Positions 1 to 14,283 of a DNA stretch of 64,000 nt are shown here, piece after piece. Every line of letters begins with the position of its first letter. The stretch's first letter is position 1. The stretch is taken from the NCBI RefSeq assembly GCF_964355755.1, contig NC_092670.1, forward strand, positions 31,112,388-31,176,387, given 5' to 3'. Source of the DNA: Antedon mediterranea. Lineage: Eukaryota > Animalia > Echinodermata. The notes under the pieces were generated by a model. It was not told where the DNA came from and did not search any database. It saw only the letters and a program-made list of their open reading frames with translations. A program made the position numbers and the translations under genes.

Positions 1-486
1 ACAAAATATTACAAGAATTCAGGCCCGTATCCCGGTAGAACTTACCCCGCCGTGTGCTTTAGGCTCCACTTTGCATAATTAAATATTTTAAATACAATTG
101 ATGAAAGAAATTGTAAATGAATTAATTAAAAAAGAATTATTGTCAAAAATAATTTTTTTTTCAAATTTAGTCTTTTTGGAATATTACCACGACTAAAAAA
201 CAAGTAAGTTTGCAATTATTTTATACTGAGAGTATCAAATCTGTCAATTGGATTTCAGATATATCTGGAAAACTCAGATCTTGATATCTGAGTTTTCATT
301 CTTCAACTAGAAAACTCAGATCTTGAAATGGATCGCTCCAGTATTAATCAGAAGAAAAAGAAATTGTTTGAAATACTACAGTATTATACGTGTTACTAAT
401 ATTGTAATTTGTAGTAGCGGCCTACGACCTAAATCATAATGAAAATACAGTACGCGTTACCGTTAAAATTTAGCCCCTGGATATCA

Positions 487-562
487 GCGCAAGCTCAGTG
501 GTCTAGAGGTATGAATGACAGGCTAGTGGTATGTGGGTTGTGGGTTCGAGCCCACCCGACAA
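487..562 (+). mobile_element. tRNA-derived SINE head / tRNA-like remnant
   Basis: A-box-like AGCTCAGTGGTCTAGAG and B-box GGGTTCGAGCCC at tRNA spacing; no clean cloverleaf acceptor stem. Confidence 0.55.
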
Positions 563-699
563 CTACCTGTTCATTTTTTCGCAAGTATTCTCAGTATTTA
601 GTACCGTATAAAGTACAAATTACGTCAGAGTAGGGCAAAACATCTCACCAATTATTCAACATCAAATCTACTCCACAGTACCGTAGTTAATAATAATTA

Positions 700-997
700 C
701 AATGCTATACTTGTTGTACGAGATAACAAAACAAGAAGAATGGAGTAAAAGAATTAAACGAAGGAGACTAAAATGGTATGGAAACATAATTAGATTACCG
801 GATGATTAGGAAACTAACAGGAAAGTAAAACGACCCGTAGGAAGACCAAGAAATAACTGGATGAATCAAATAAAGAAAGATTTACAAGGACTAGTAGACA
901 CTAACACAATAACAAACCATCCTGCCATAAACAGAAAAAATGGAAACAAATTGTGGAAAGCGTAATGTCGGAAGACGGAAAACGTTAGCAACAACAA
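700..997 (+). mobile_element. RTE-clade LINE 3' end fragment
   Basis: Translates in pieces as RLKWYGNIIRLPDD and KRPVGRPRNNWMNQIKKDL, typical of the RTE ORF C-terminus; ends in a short (CAA)n tail. Confidence 0.6.
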
Positions 998-1240
998 CTT
1001 GTTGTACCTGGTAAACAGCTAATGGTAATTTGACATTGCATACATAATACGATAATCATGTAAGTATTTTGTTTCTTATATAATTACAAGAATATCATAA
1101 ACCACCTTTATTTCTGACCTTTTCCAAATTATCTTGTAAAGTCGAAGTCTTTGTGAATTGTTCTATTATTTGTATCTGCGTTACAACTACGAACATATTA
1201 AGACAAATATTCTACGTAATAATAATGATTCATAATTATG

Positions 1241-1560
1241 CAATACAACTCAATCGATAAACGGCAACAACAATTCTTTCAAAATTAGTTAAATAAGGAA
1301 AAAAAACTAGGTAACATAATCCTCTATTTAATAAGTGTACAACTCAATCGATAAAATGGTAACAATACTTTTTTTTTAATATCAAATTGAGGACCTTAAT
1401 TCTTCGTAATTTAATCCACTACATAATAGACATACAACTCAATCGATGGTAATAGCAATCAATAAAAAAATTATCTACATGGCTAAATATTTATATTTGA
1501 TAATTAATAGGCCTAATCAACTAAATAATTATAATACAACTCAAAAACTAACAACTAACA
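1241..1560. repeat. Degenerate tandem repeat, period about 95 bp, 4 units
   Basis: TACAACTCAATCGAT core at about 1244, 1338 and 1433; truncated TACAACTCAA at about 1535. Confidence 0.55.
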
Positions 1561-2323
1561 TGTTGACAATTTATTTTTAAACACTCAAACGATTAACATT
1601 GTTAGAAGAAATTACATTAGTGTTTGTAAAACTAATTCGTTATAACAAACATGTAATGTAAGGAAATATTTTTTAATTTACGATAAAGTTATACAATATG
1701 GTCAAAATATATTATTCTACTTGTGATGTTCAAAATGATGACTAGGTTTATTCAAAGTTTAACGCTATTATTATCAATCGCCTTGCCATAGCGTCGGGCG
1801 TAGTTTTTAGGTCGTCCTAAGAGCATTAAACATGTTTAATTTTCTCCCGACAAGACGACTCAGTCTGACATACGATTTAGATTCAAGATTGTATGTATTG
1901 TTTTAAGGTCCTAGATAGATAGATGGATATAGATCTAAAAAGACTAATCTATATTCACGTCACTGTAATGCGTTCTATACGAATAAATAAATAAATTTAA
2001 TTAATTCAATAAAATAGTACATTTCAATAGTAGGCTACATCTAGATTTATTTTATATATTAAACAAATCAGGCAAAGAACTATTTTATATATATTATATA
2101 TATTTTTTGTCGAATTTCTTATTTTTAGAAAAATATAATCTTATACTTAGTAAACTTAAATGCTATATAGAAGTTAGGTCTAAATCTTATTTAATTAATA
2201 TAAATAATCGAATACTAACCTATTCAGTAGGCCTACATACACAGTCTGTGATGATTGAACTACAGGCGATAAAGGCTGCACACAGATTGTCGTACCAAGG
2301 AGTTGTATTTACAATTCCCTGAT

Positions 2324-3020
2324 CGTACCGTGACCATGCGTAGTTCTGAATTCTGCGCATTCACAGACCTTTAAAGTCGTCTCCGGATAAAAGCGGTATT
2401 TTGTGTCATTTTCCACTCTCCCTCTAAATTACAAATGCTACCGATTTCTTTTTTTTTTATAAAGAGAAAAAATATCTCAATAATGTATACCAATTGATAA
2501 TATCTACGACCTCTAGGCTAAATAGAAATTAGAAAGCACACTATTTATAATACAGTCATTCAAGATAATAATTCTTCGACAAAAAAAAACAAAAACAAAA
2601 AACAAAACATTATTTTAAAAAACCCGGTAGTTTAAAGCAAAAAATAATCAATTGACAGGAAGTCAATTTGTTTTTGGTTGAATTTAACCGTTTATTTTGT
2701 CTTTTTATAAGTGAAAACGTTATTTTTACTATTGTTTTTTGCTATGGAAGTGTGAATAAAGTTGTTAAAAAGTTTGTTATTGGAATTAATTGTAATGTTT
2801 CATGGAGGACAATACATAAATAGTAAAATAGTTAGAGTTAGTATCGCATTTTCCGCATTTGGAACTCCATGATATACCTATTTTTACTTTTATAGATACC
2901 AATATATTATTTCTATCTTAATAGCTCCCTCTATGGATTGATGTCATTTTCAAAAATAATATAGTGACCTCTATTATTTAGACACGCTTTTAAAAATTTC
3001 ATTTTATTTTCAACTTGAGA
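2324..3020 (+). repeat. Dispersed repeat (other copies 3500-3860 and 9690-9950) carrying a decayed Kolobok MITE at about 2563-2818
   Basis: 2324-2560 aligns with 9690-9950 (GTGACCATGCGTA...ATTAGAAAGCACACTATTTATAAT); the 3500-3860 copy lacks the MITE and shows CCTTAATGG at the equivalent position; the MITE ends GGAGGACAATACAT. Confidence 0.6.
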
Positions 3021-3236
3021 GGTCTGGCAGTCATAGGACAATGGCATGTCCTTAGGCTTATCAATGTGATCCGTAGTAATGTTTAGTTGGTAACTGCCAA
3101 TTGGTATAGAGGTACCGTATCACTAAAAACTTCACAAATTTTTAACTTTCTAGAATCACGAATAACATTTTATTTGTGTGTTTCTTAAAAGATGTTGAAT
3201 TAAAAATAAATTAATATTAAATTAATTAAGTTCTAA

Positions 3237-3345
3237 TGTAAAGCACCTAGAGGGGTCAGTGATCCATTAGGCGCTATATAAATACTGTTTATTATTATTA
3301 TTATTATTAGTATTGTTGGTGTTATTATTATTATTATTATCATGA
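3237..3345 (+). mobile_element. L2-type LINE/SINE 3' tail
   Basis: GTAAAGCACCTAGAG...GGCGCTATATAAAT followed by (TTA)n. Confidence 0.55.
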
Positions 3346-4884
3346 CCATTAAAACAATCCATTATACGCGTGACATACAAGTCATATCTTGTGTTCGGGG
3401 TCAAATAACTATTAGTCAACCAAAATTTTAGTTGAAAATATATTTTGTAAATCCTTACATACCCTCAACTTTCTCGAAAATGGGGAGAGTATTCCGATAT
3501 TTCCCGTCTTCTCCCGCTAAAATGAAATTTCTCCCCGATAAACATAGAAAATATCATCCTGATAATGTAAAACAATTTATAATCTACGAACTCTAGGCTC
3601 TAAATTGAGATAAGAAATTAGAACGCATACTATTTATAATAGTTTCATGCATTCCTTAATGGTGAAATATTGAGTTGGTATCGCTTTTTCAGTTTTTGGC
3701 ACGACATTTAACATGACACGTTTAATATTATTGATACAGATACTTTATCTTTTTATTTTTAATAGCGCCCTATATAATAGTTTAATGTCATTTTCAAAAA
3801 TCTTATAGCACCTTCTATAGAAAAATTTCACAATATTTAATTTTTTTTTTAAGTTGTGAGACTAATAAATATATAACTTGTTTATTACATATTAATATCT
3901 AGTCTAAGAAGAGACTAATTATTAAAATTAAAATTCCTTTTGATTTAAAGGTTCAAACGTATAAAAATGCGATCGTATGTTTAAATTGTGTTGTCTATGA
4001 TTTTGTGTTGATAGTGGCTATGGCAGTGGTCGTTGTAGTCGTGGTGGGCAATATGCAAATCTAATATTATTAATGATCAAAGCTTCTAACCGGTTCACAT
4101 TATAACCTCGGAGTAGTGAAGAAAGGAAAGCGTGGAGAACTTCCGAAGCGCAAGCGAGTTGATGAATGTCAAGCCACAGTTTGAATAATCCATCGTTTGT
4201 GAATGGTCAAATTACTTGCGTCCTAGTGGTAACCAAGAATTAATAATGACAACTACCAAGTATGTAATTGTGAAATATATGTTTTATTCAAGTTGTTTTC
4301 TTATCTTAGTTAATCAGTCATTGCATCGTACTGTGTAAAATATGTTTCAATGAAAACAAGTTATACAGGAAAGGAATACAAGTGTATTTTAACATTAATT
4401 AATCTAGCCATCATAGCATATAAATCGTTTTATTCCTAATAGAAAATTAGGTTACAAAAAGGGATATATATTAACATTAAATCGATATATCTAAACAACA
4501 ACATGTTAAACTGAGAACAATTTTCGAAAGATACATAAGCGTCATTTTTCAATTTGACTTTTGACATTGATTTTCTGATATCAGAAATTAATTATGACGT
4601 GTAATTGAATAAAGTTGAAGTTTCTGGCAATTTTCCTAAATAATTCCCACTAAGCTTACAGTAAGTTTATTAAATGTATAAATTTGCATAAATATCATAT
4701 TAAATAATTAGCGCAAGTCTAAATACTACATAAATAGTAAATTCATTTCAAATGAGAGCAAAATACACATTATCATCCTTCACAAGAAGATTGCTACTAT
4801 ATAGGCCTATTAGTTTGGAAGCCGTCTTAATTATGAAGTGAAAAATGCTTAGGCCTATTTAGTTCAAAAATAGTGCGTCATTCA

Positions 4885-6115
4885 TAAGTATGCAGTGGTT
4901 AGAGCATTGGACTTGCAATTAATAGGTTGCCGGTTCAAGCCCCGGCCCGGGCGCGATTTTTTTTTTCGTACATAAGTTGGGGGACCCCTCATGAAACGTC
5001 ACAAAATAAACATGAATAATTCATCAGTTAAATTTTCTTGTTCCGTGTGCACCCAAGCGTATAGCAACAAGAAGTGATTAGACAATACAACTGCGATACG
5101 ATTCTAGGCCTATCTCCGCTGTGGTTGCGGCGTGCGATTTTATAGAAGAATAGCGTCGTTTTGTGTGGATTGTCGAAATAATCAGCCTTTAGTTTATGGT
5201 GTTTTTAATATAATTTATTACTAAAGAATTACGTGTTAAAATTATAGTTTCTATTAATACTATTAGGCTTAATTATTAGTCTCTAAACCCATGTCTATTC
5301 TAGTAGTAGCTGTGTGGGTGTGTGTGACGTGTGTGTTAGGTATGACAACATTAAACAATAAACATTACACAAAATGTGTAAAAAATTACATTTTTTATTC
5401 TCGTGGGTCTAATCTTCCCATCTCATGTGTTCATATACGCGCATTTTTAAAGTTCCTTTGAGTACATGCATATTGTTTGATAATAAAATAGCAGAATTAA
5501 AAAATTACAGTACACAAATTATACACATTTTTTATTCTTGTGGATCTAAGCTCTCTTTGGGCTATGTCCAATTAACTACAGTACTTAGTTTAATATCTTG
5601 CCTAGCTGTCGATTAGCCTCGACACATTTTGCATAGTGGTGTGTGTGTGAAGATTAAGAAGAGTGCGCGAAGGCAATCACGTGAATTAAACTAGAATCCT
5701 AGGCCTACTGTAGAAAGAATCGTATCGCAGTTTAGTTGTGCGTGTAATCACTTCTTGTTGCTATACGCTTGGGTGCACACGGAACAACAAATTTAACTGA
5801 TGAATTATTCATGTTTATATTGTGACGTTTCATGAGGGGGTCCCCAACTTATGTACGAAAAAAAAAATTGCGGCCCGGGCACTGCAGTGTTGGGTCCTTG
5901 AGCAAGATTCTTTATCCACATTGTTCCTCCCCAGGTGATAGAAATGGGTACCGGTATGTAAAAAGTACTGGGAAGGTAAATCAGACTCGTTTGTGCGGGA
6001 GGAGTGGCGTACCCCCCACAAACATACACACGTAGTGGAGTCTGGCCCAAACGCTAAAGAAATGGAGATGGGCACCACGGCCGTAAGCATTAGCTTAGGT
6101 TTCGACCTTACCATA
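4885..6115 (+). mobile_element. tRNA-derived SINE, split by a MITE at 4953-5871
   Basis: A box GCAGTGGTTAGAGC and B box GGTTCAAGCCC; the body resumes after the MITE with GTCCTTGAGCAAG...CCCAGGTGATAGAAATGGGTACC, a conserved SINE core-like segment. Confidence 0.7.
4953..5871. mobile_element. Mutator(MULE)-like non-autonomous element
   Basis: About 150-bp TIRs (4953-5105 vs 5717-5871), G...C termini, 9-bp TSD GGCCCGGGC at 4944-4952 and 5872-5880. Confidence 0.75.
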
Positions 6116-6200
6116 AGTAAGCCAGAGTGGTTAAAGATTGGTTGATTCCTTTTAAGGCAACTATTAATGTACTTTATTGTTATTGTTATTATTGATAGGG

Positions 6201-6640
6201 TTATTAGGGTTTATAATGAAAAATAAAAACATATTTTAAATTTTAAATATAATACGATACATTACGTGACTGGTAAAACATTTGTTTTGAGTCAACTTAG
6301 TTTCGTTCGCCTCGTCTAAATTAGGACGAGGTAATATACCCTTGAAGAGAGGTCAGGGAACATACAGTGAATGATTATTGTTTATAAAATTAGTGTTAAA
6401 CAATCATATTATTATATTATTATAAATTTAAGAAACGAAAAAACATACATTCTACAGTAACACACTGAGTAGTTATCGTCTGTGTTAATTAACGATTCGA
6501 TAACGACCACTACGAACACCACAATCACCAAAACTACCACGACCACGGCGAGTACTATAACTAACACGACACACACAACGAAGGACGACAACCTCGACCA
6601 TGACCACCACCACAATAACCAACGCTACCTCCAACCCCCG
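6201..6640 (+). repeat. Dispersed repeat with an inverted copy at about 15570-16047
   Basis: Shared blocks such as CCTCGTCTAAATTAGGACGAGG and TAGTTATCGTCTGTG match the reverse complement of 15570-16047. Confidence 0.75.
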
Positions 6641-7482
6641 TCATTACCACAGGGACCACCATCACCACCACAAACACTATCACCACTACCATCATCACAA
6701 ACACTATCACCACCATCAACACCACAAACACATCACCACCATCATCATCACCACCAAAACACTTTCATCGCCACAATCATATCATCCCCACCACAAACTC
6801 TATCACCACCACCATATCACAAACAATATCACCACCATCACCATGCCACCACACACACTATCACCACCATCAAAACCACAAACTCTGTCACCGCCATCAT
6901 TACAACATAGTATTACCATCATCACAAACACTATCACCACCATCAACACCACAAACACATCACCACCATCATTATCACCACCAAAACACTTTCATCGCCA
7001 CAGTCATATCATCACCACCACAAACACTATCACCACAACCATAATCACCACCACACACACTATCACCACCATCAACACCATAAACACTATCACCACCATA
7101 AATACAACAAATAGTATTACCACCCCATCATAACCACCACAAACACTATCACCACCACCACCATCATCACAAACACTATCACCACCATCATCACAAATAC
7201 TATCACCACCATCAACACCACAAACACTATCATCACTCTAAATACAACAAATAGTATTACCACCCCATCAAAACCACCGCAAACATTATCACCACAACCA
7301 TAATCACCACCACACACACTATCACCACTTTCAACACCACACACACTATCACCACCATCAATATCACAAACACTATCACCACCTTCAATAAAACAAATAG
7401 TATTACCACCCCATCATCCATCATCGCCACCACAAATACTATTACCATGACGGTAAAAAATACTAATACAATCACCACCACT
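6500..7482. repeat. Cryptic (ACC/ATC)n low-complexity expansion
   Basis: Recurring CACAAACACTATCACCACCATC units; source of the spurious Thr/His/Pro-rich ORFs. Confidence 0.9.
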
Positions 7483-8362
7483 AAAGGTTTCTCTAAATAT
7501 TTAAAATAAATTATACGTAATCATCCAATCAGTTTATAAACAATTATAATGGTCAAATGACAACATAGCAATCGAGGTCACAGTGGATTTCGGCCCTCAG
7601 TCATTTTGGTTATGGAACGACCAAATTCATGAAACGCAAAAAAAGGACATAATATGCTATGTTCATTTCGGCCGTCAGTTATGGCGCCCCAAATAGCCAG
7701 AAATAAGTGTATACAATATTTTCTTTACCCAGTCTATGAAACGCTACAGAGAACTAACGGCCATTTAAACAAGAGAAATCAGTCGCGCAATGTTTTTAAA
7801 CTGGACTTCTTCATTTCTTATGCACTTGAGTTTATAACAATAATGTGATCCCAAACGTATTAAAATGTATCTGTATCTGAAAGATAAAACAATTAGCTTG
7901 ATAGGCGCGGCACAGAAACAATATTCTTGTTATCGATATATAAAAATGATTATTAATTATTAATACTGGTAACGGTAACTAATTATATAAAAAACTAATT
8001 TCCGATATTTAAATAACACAATTTGTAAAATAAAACGAAAGCCGAAACAAAACCACTATATTTTCAAAAAGCATACGTACTGTACACCTGTAAAATCATT
8101 TTGTTTTTAATGTATTGGCGGACGAACTAACTGGCGGCAGAAATTATCAGACACCCAAAACAGTTATGTTGTCTGGTACTTGTTGTGTTTTCTAATAGTC
8201 TGACAGTTATATTTGTTGTTATAATAGTAGTTGTGTTAACATTAATGTCTGTTTCTTTTTTATATAGGCCTAGGTTGTTGATAGAGTAAATGTTCTCGGG
8301 AAGCTGGTTGAAGTTTTCTCAATTTCTATGGCTATATTGTTCTTAGTTGACGTCATTAATTC

Positions 8363-8840
8363 TATAATCTATAAACTATTCTAGCCCAATACCAAATTAC
8401 ACTTCAATATCGTAAAAATTTCCAAATTGATCAGCTTGTATTACACCATAATCATGTATCAATTAGTTTAAACTAATTAATCCATGCTATAATCTATAGA
8501 CTATTGAAGCCTAAATACCAAATTACACTTTAATATTGTAAACATTTTCAAATTGATCAGCTTGTATTATACCATAATCATGTATCGATTAGTTTAGACT
8601 AACTATTCCATGCTATAATCTATAGACTATTGTAGCCCAAATACCAAATTACACTTTAATATCGTAAACATTTCCAAATTGATCAGCTTGTACTATACCA
8701 TAATCATGTTTCAACTAGAATTCCCATCCCCGAATTACCAGTGCCTGAGAAATATTAATATTTGTCATAATAATCATCTAGACGCTGAGCGCCTAGGCAT
8801 TGAAACGTGAGTGAATGCTTGCCTAGGACAGACACACACC
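8363..8840. repeat. Three tandem 125-126-bp units, probably the internal array of a Helentron-associated element
   Basis: TATAATCTATA unit starts at 8363, 8488 and 8614; followed by a hairpin and GACAGACACAC. Confidence 0.65.
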
Positions 8841-9069
8841 TCTGGACCTCATATCAACCTGTTCCAATGGAACGTAGAAACGTGACAGTTGGGATAATTA
8901 GAGGTTGCCCCGCAGTAACAAGTTTGTCTGATAACCGCCAGCCGTTGTCCGAATGAGATCATCCGCCTGCCGATTTGCTGTACAAGCCAGAGAATAACAA
9001 AGTAGCTTAGCTTAGTTACAGCTATAAACACCTGCTGCCGAACTGACATGTACTATTAACCCATATGTT

Positions 9070-9660
9070 GGCCTATTTACCCATAGGTGGGACAGAAATT
9101 AGTTAGGCCAGGGCATATCCACACACCGGTGGGCCATGCGCCAGATACCTTCTATGGAGTTCCTGTTCCTCCGTAGCCCTTTCAACATCAGTTTCACCAG
9201 TCGCAAAACTAGTTAGTCAGGGCAGGTACCAACAGGAAGGTTTTGGAATAGGACTTGAAAAAAGAGAGGCTATAAATTCCCAATGGAATTACAGTAATAT
9301 ATCCGCCATATACCAGTACAGTTCAATATTTCAATAGACTGGATAATGAAAGAAACAGCACAAGAAATGGGAGTCAATGGACTTTATGGGAACAATTATA
9401 AGACCTGTACTATGCTGACGACATTGTTCTGTTATCACAAATACATCAGCAAATGCAAACCAAAACCAGACTTCTTGAAGAAACATCAAGTATGCTTGGC
9501 TTAAATGTAAACATAGCGAAAACTAAAGTAATGATGGTCAACACAAGAGATAATCAGGAAATCCAGCTAAGGAAAGGGGAAGCAGAACCAGTGGAAACTT
9601 TTACTTACCTTGGTAGCAAAGTCAACATCAGAGGAGGGACATAGGAAGATGGAAATAGAA
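9070..9660 (+). mobile_element. RTE-clade LINE fragment (RT core)
   Basis: DWIMKET, QWTLWEQL, YADDIVLL, GLNVNIAKTKVM and VETFTYLGS motifs, with stop codons. Confidence 0.75.
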
Positions 9661-10039
9661 ATAGAGAGAACTACTAATGAAATAATTGTCGTACAGTGAC
9701 CATGCGTATAGATAAATATGGTTCTGAATTATGCGCATTCGCAGCAGACTTTCAAAGTCTGTCTCCAAATAATAGCGGTGTTTTGTGTCATTTTCCACTC
9801 TCCCGCTAAATTAAAAATGCTACCGATTTCTTTTTTATATTGATAAAGGTAGAAAATATCCCAATAATGTATACCAATTTATAATATCTACGACCTCTAG
9901 GCTATAAATAGAGATTAGAAAGCACACTATTTATAATAATAGTCATGCATTCAAGATATTATAATGTCCCCTGACAAAAATGTTTAAATGTCTTTTGTTG
10001 AATATGCCATTCTAATATATCTCACAATAGTTATTCACA

Positions 10040-13000
10040 TTATATAATATATAATTGATTTAATTTCAACTATCCAGTTTATTGATGATTTAAGTTTGTT
10101 TATATGGTATTGACATAACAAACCATATTCATTTAACAGGCTATCTAATGTTTAAAGTAGAGTGTGGCATTGTTGTTATTTCGATATAAAAATCTATTTC
10201 CCCAAATCATTTCTTTTTTAATATCAAATGAAGATTTTGGAGACTGGGCATTTTTAGTACATAAACATAAGGCAAGAACAATTTGTTGGTAAAATAATGG
10301 AATAGATTCCAAATTAGGAATATTCTTAATATTATCTATGTATTTTTAGGATTAACTTATTAGGTCCAAACTTATCAAGAAAGGATGTTGCAAGCTGTAT
10401 CCATGTTGCAGACCCTGACAAAATTCTTGTTGCCTAAATGGCTTTAAGCGAGTGGCACTTGCTTCCAAAATCACAAATGTTTAAACCACCTTGGGTTATT
10501 TTCCGAATTACTACCTTTCTTGATATCTTGTCTTTCTTTTTTTTTCCATAAAAAGCTAAACATTAAGTAATTTACATTTGTTATGACATCTGCACTACTG
10601 GGTATAGTAGAATCAAGAAAGGTAAGACTAGAGAGACCACGAGTGTAGTAATTACAGTTGCTTTCTCAAAGAGCGTTAGATTCCTGCGGCTTCAACTATT
10701 TAAGGTGTTGTTTAACTTTTCAATTTTTTCTTTCCATATTTTATCATAGCATAGTTTCATATTTTTACTAAAATGGATTCCTAGCGTCTTCACAGGTATA
10801 TCAGTTTATGTAATTTCATCATATTCTATATCACCAAATGAAATTCCACAAGTTATTTTAATATTAACTTCAGGACCAGCTGTATTACCAAACTTATTTA
10901 ATAATTCTAGTACTCTATTGTAATATGGTGTTGTGTTGAGGTACTAATGAAAACTCTTACTCGCTTAACTGTCGTAACACATATTGTTTATTCAGTATAA
11001 TACTTCAGTACAATATACAACTATAAGTATAGATAAGGAACGGAGGATCAGTGATGCTGTCGGTGAGGTGTGAAGTGTGTATATTGGCTTCGGTTCATTT
11101 GCATATGTCACTACGTAATCTGTGAGGGTAACGATTGGTCCTCTAGTTGATCCAGGGGTGTTTGAGTGGGAGTGATTGATCTTATCTGGGAGGTTACAAT
11201 GATGAATTGGCCCTGTCGAATCTCTGCTAAAAACTGTCAATATCTAATTGTTTTACGATAGGAACAGTCACAAAGTTATTCTTTAGGGATTCGATTGTAA
11301 ACTAAATGGTCATTAAAACATCTGGACAAACTCTCCTCTGGACTTTCTGGGTCAAGTTTATGAACTTATTTGAATTCTGATACAAAGGTCAGTTTCTTAA
11401 TTATAAAAGTATATCATTATATTGCACTATTTAAGGACTTTTTATTAGATACAAACAGTGTTGTATAATATGCGTATTGACTGATTTTTATATCAAATGT
11501 GTTTTTTTTTTAGTTCTATAGGAATACCATTGTTTGTTGGATCTTGCCTGACATTATTGGCTAATACCTCTGAAATAATAATAAAAAGTAACGAGGATAA
11601 TGAACATCCCTGCCTTAAACCTCTCTGCAGAGAGAAAAATTCTGATACCCAACCGTTATTGCAAACGGCACTTTGTACATTCTTATGTAAAGTTTCAACC
11701 CATTGAATGAATGAGTTGCCAAAATTCATTCAATGTAAGCATTCCTTCACAGCTCTTTTTGTCATTCTCATATTAACAGTGATCAAACTTGACATAGTCT
11801 AAATATTTAATCATCTTTTTTTTTCTCGGGTTTATTGAGGTATAGATTTTCTTAAAGAAGTTAACCTTTTGTTTTAGAATTTCTTCTTGATCTGTAATAA
11901 TATCACCTGCTTCCGTCTCAAGCTTTACAATTGTTTTTTTAGTTTCATTTTTTGTTTCCAGACCATGAAAATATTTACTGTTTTTCCCCTTCTTTACACC
12001 ATTTTAAGCGTGCACGAATTTGCTGACCCTTTATTTTATCAATATAGAATTTATTTAGGTTCTTTTGCAAATTCTCTATTTCATTAAATTGATTTTGGTT
12101 AATTGTTGATAGATCTTGAAGATTTTTTAATTGAGTTGATAATTCTAAGAGATGAATTTATTAATGGAGAATTCTTTCACTTTAATTTTACAATATTCCA
12201 AAATTAATATTTTATCAACTTTCGTATTTTCGGTAGAAAATTCATTTTTAATGTTGTATATCAAATCTTTAATTTGTTTGATGTACGTATTATCTTGCAG
12301 AGTGAGGTACGTAATTTCCATGTTCCTGGACCCCTAATGTTACAACTTAAAGCTATTTTTATTGACACAGCGAGGTGGTCTGTTAAAATGCTTGGACGGA
12401 TATCACATGATATTACATTTTGATCATCATTGATTAAAAAATAATCTAACCTTGTTTTGACATTTGGTCTTCTATAAGTAAATTTTCTTTTATCTTTGTT
12501 TAATACTCTCTATATATCTATAAACTCAAATCTATTATAGAAGAGTTTAAAGCTCTGGTGTCATTTTTTCCCGAGGGTCACCCCTCTTTATCTAATTTAA
12601 CATTAGGTATATAATTAAAATCACCTCCCAAGGTAATTTTACTGTTATCTACAGTTTTTGTATCTGTCCATTTTCCATTTTTTTCCATTTTCCAATTTTT
12701 TCCATAAATGAAATTCTTTCTCGGATATCATTCGGGGCATAAATGTTTCTGATTAATTTTACAGTTAACAATTAACATTCTGCCACATTCATCACTATGG
12801 TGTTTTACATCACTTAGATTAACACATTTTTAAATAATAATAGGCCTAATAATAATACTTCTCTACTATTAGAAAGTCAATAGAATGGAAAAAGACGTCC
12901 TTTCCAGTCTTGATACACATTGACTTTTTTGCAAAAGTGACTTTCTTGGATGAATATAATGTCAGCTTTTTGACTCTCAAACCATTCGTAAATAGCAAGT

Positions 13001-14283
13001 CTTTTTAATCTTTCTCTTAAACCACGACAATTAAGTGTTATAACATGAAGAGCACACTTAGACATGTGATAATATTATTAAGTTGTAAACTTACTTTCAT
13101 TTTTTCTTCTTATTATTGCGCTTTGAACGTGTGTAACTGCCAGAGAAGGTCCTGAAGATTCTATGCTGGCTGAAGCTATCACAGTGTTTCGGGTGTCTAG
13201 GCTGATCATCAGTTTTGGAGTCACTATTTGAAGATGGTTAATTTGAAACAGCGAGTGCTTTGCTTTTTCTTTCTTTTTGCTCTTGATTTTTCGATCGATG
13301 ATGGACAATAACATGACATCAGATACAAGATCTTTCTGATGCTGGATTTGCGTGGACATTGTGTGGTACAAGCGGAAGTTGACAATCAACTTTCTTATGC
13401 CCTGGAATTTTACGAACTCAATAGTACAAGAATATACAGTGTGTCCCTGTTGGAGGCATTAACTACATGCAATTTTTGGTTTTAGTTGACCATCATGATA
13501 AATTCTGCTAGTAAAACTTCCAATTTGACATTTTCTTGGTAACCGGTTACTTAGCAATTTGATTATAACTGATCTATCACCTGTTTCACAGTTAGTTAGT
13601 TTTCCATTAACTCTTAGTTTAGTTCTTGTCATTTTGTTCACAAAAATACTTTCATATTGTACTTTAAGGTATTGCAAATTGAGTCATCACTGTAGGATAG
13701 CGGAATGTCTTTGATGGATACTCTAACCTCATCTTTATTCGGTTGTTTAGTGAATGGATTTACAGTGTGAAAATCATAGTGCTTACCTCCAATACTTATT
13801 CCAGAGGATAATAACGAGAAAAGGCTTTCACTGTGATCTATGTAGAGATTCGCCAAAGGCTGCGTATTTTTGCAGTCCTAAAAATGTATCCTGGATCGAT
13901 TAACTAGCTTAACACAATGAAAATGCTTTCGCCATTCCATGGTACTTTCTTTTTCTTCACATAAGAACAATAGCTTGGTGTTTTGAGAGCTACGTTGTAC
14001 GAGTTAGGCATTTCAACCTGCTGTGTTTGTCCAGGGTAGTTTTTTATATTAACTTCTGCCATAGCGTTGACTACAAATCACGTTGTCCTTCCTGCACAGT
14101 GAACCGGGACAGCGAAGCTCAGGCTAAGTTTTAAACCTGACTTTAGCGACTTTTAAGATATCTAAACTAAAAATCTCTATATCAGACAGTTCCTTGATGC
14201 TCAATATTACAGCATATTTTTAGAGAAATTTAAAATACTAGAGGGGAAGCGAAGGAAGCGAGGAAGTGTAGACGATGGTTCTC
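10040..14283 (-). mobile_element. Decayed, near full-length Tx1/L1-clade LINE
   Basis: ORF1 fragments 13400-14070 (VSIKDIPLSYSDDSI, TGDRSV, C-x2-C-x4-H-x4-C knuckle); ORF2 starts 13065 with APE motifs LNCRGL...IFIQESH; RT motif LQRGLRQGCSLSSLLF; many stops and frameshifts. Confidence 0.85.
10919..11421 (-). mobile_element. Probable solo LTR inserted in the Tx1 RT region
   Basis: Interrupts LINE coding sequence that joins across it; begins TGTAAT and ends ATTATA; minus-strand AATAAA at about 10988; TSD not clean. Confidence 0.45.

Noticed and set aside
487-562. Functional tRNA gene
   Set aside because: Only A and B boxes are present; acceptor and anticodon stems do not form convincingly
6412-7481. 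His/Thr/Pro-rich and Val-rich ORFs
   Set aside because: Open in several frames and on both strands because the trinucleotide repeat lacks stops; no splice or domain support
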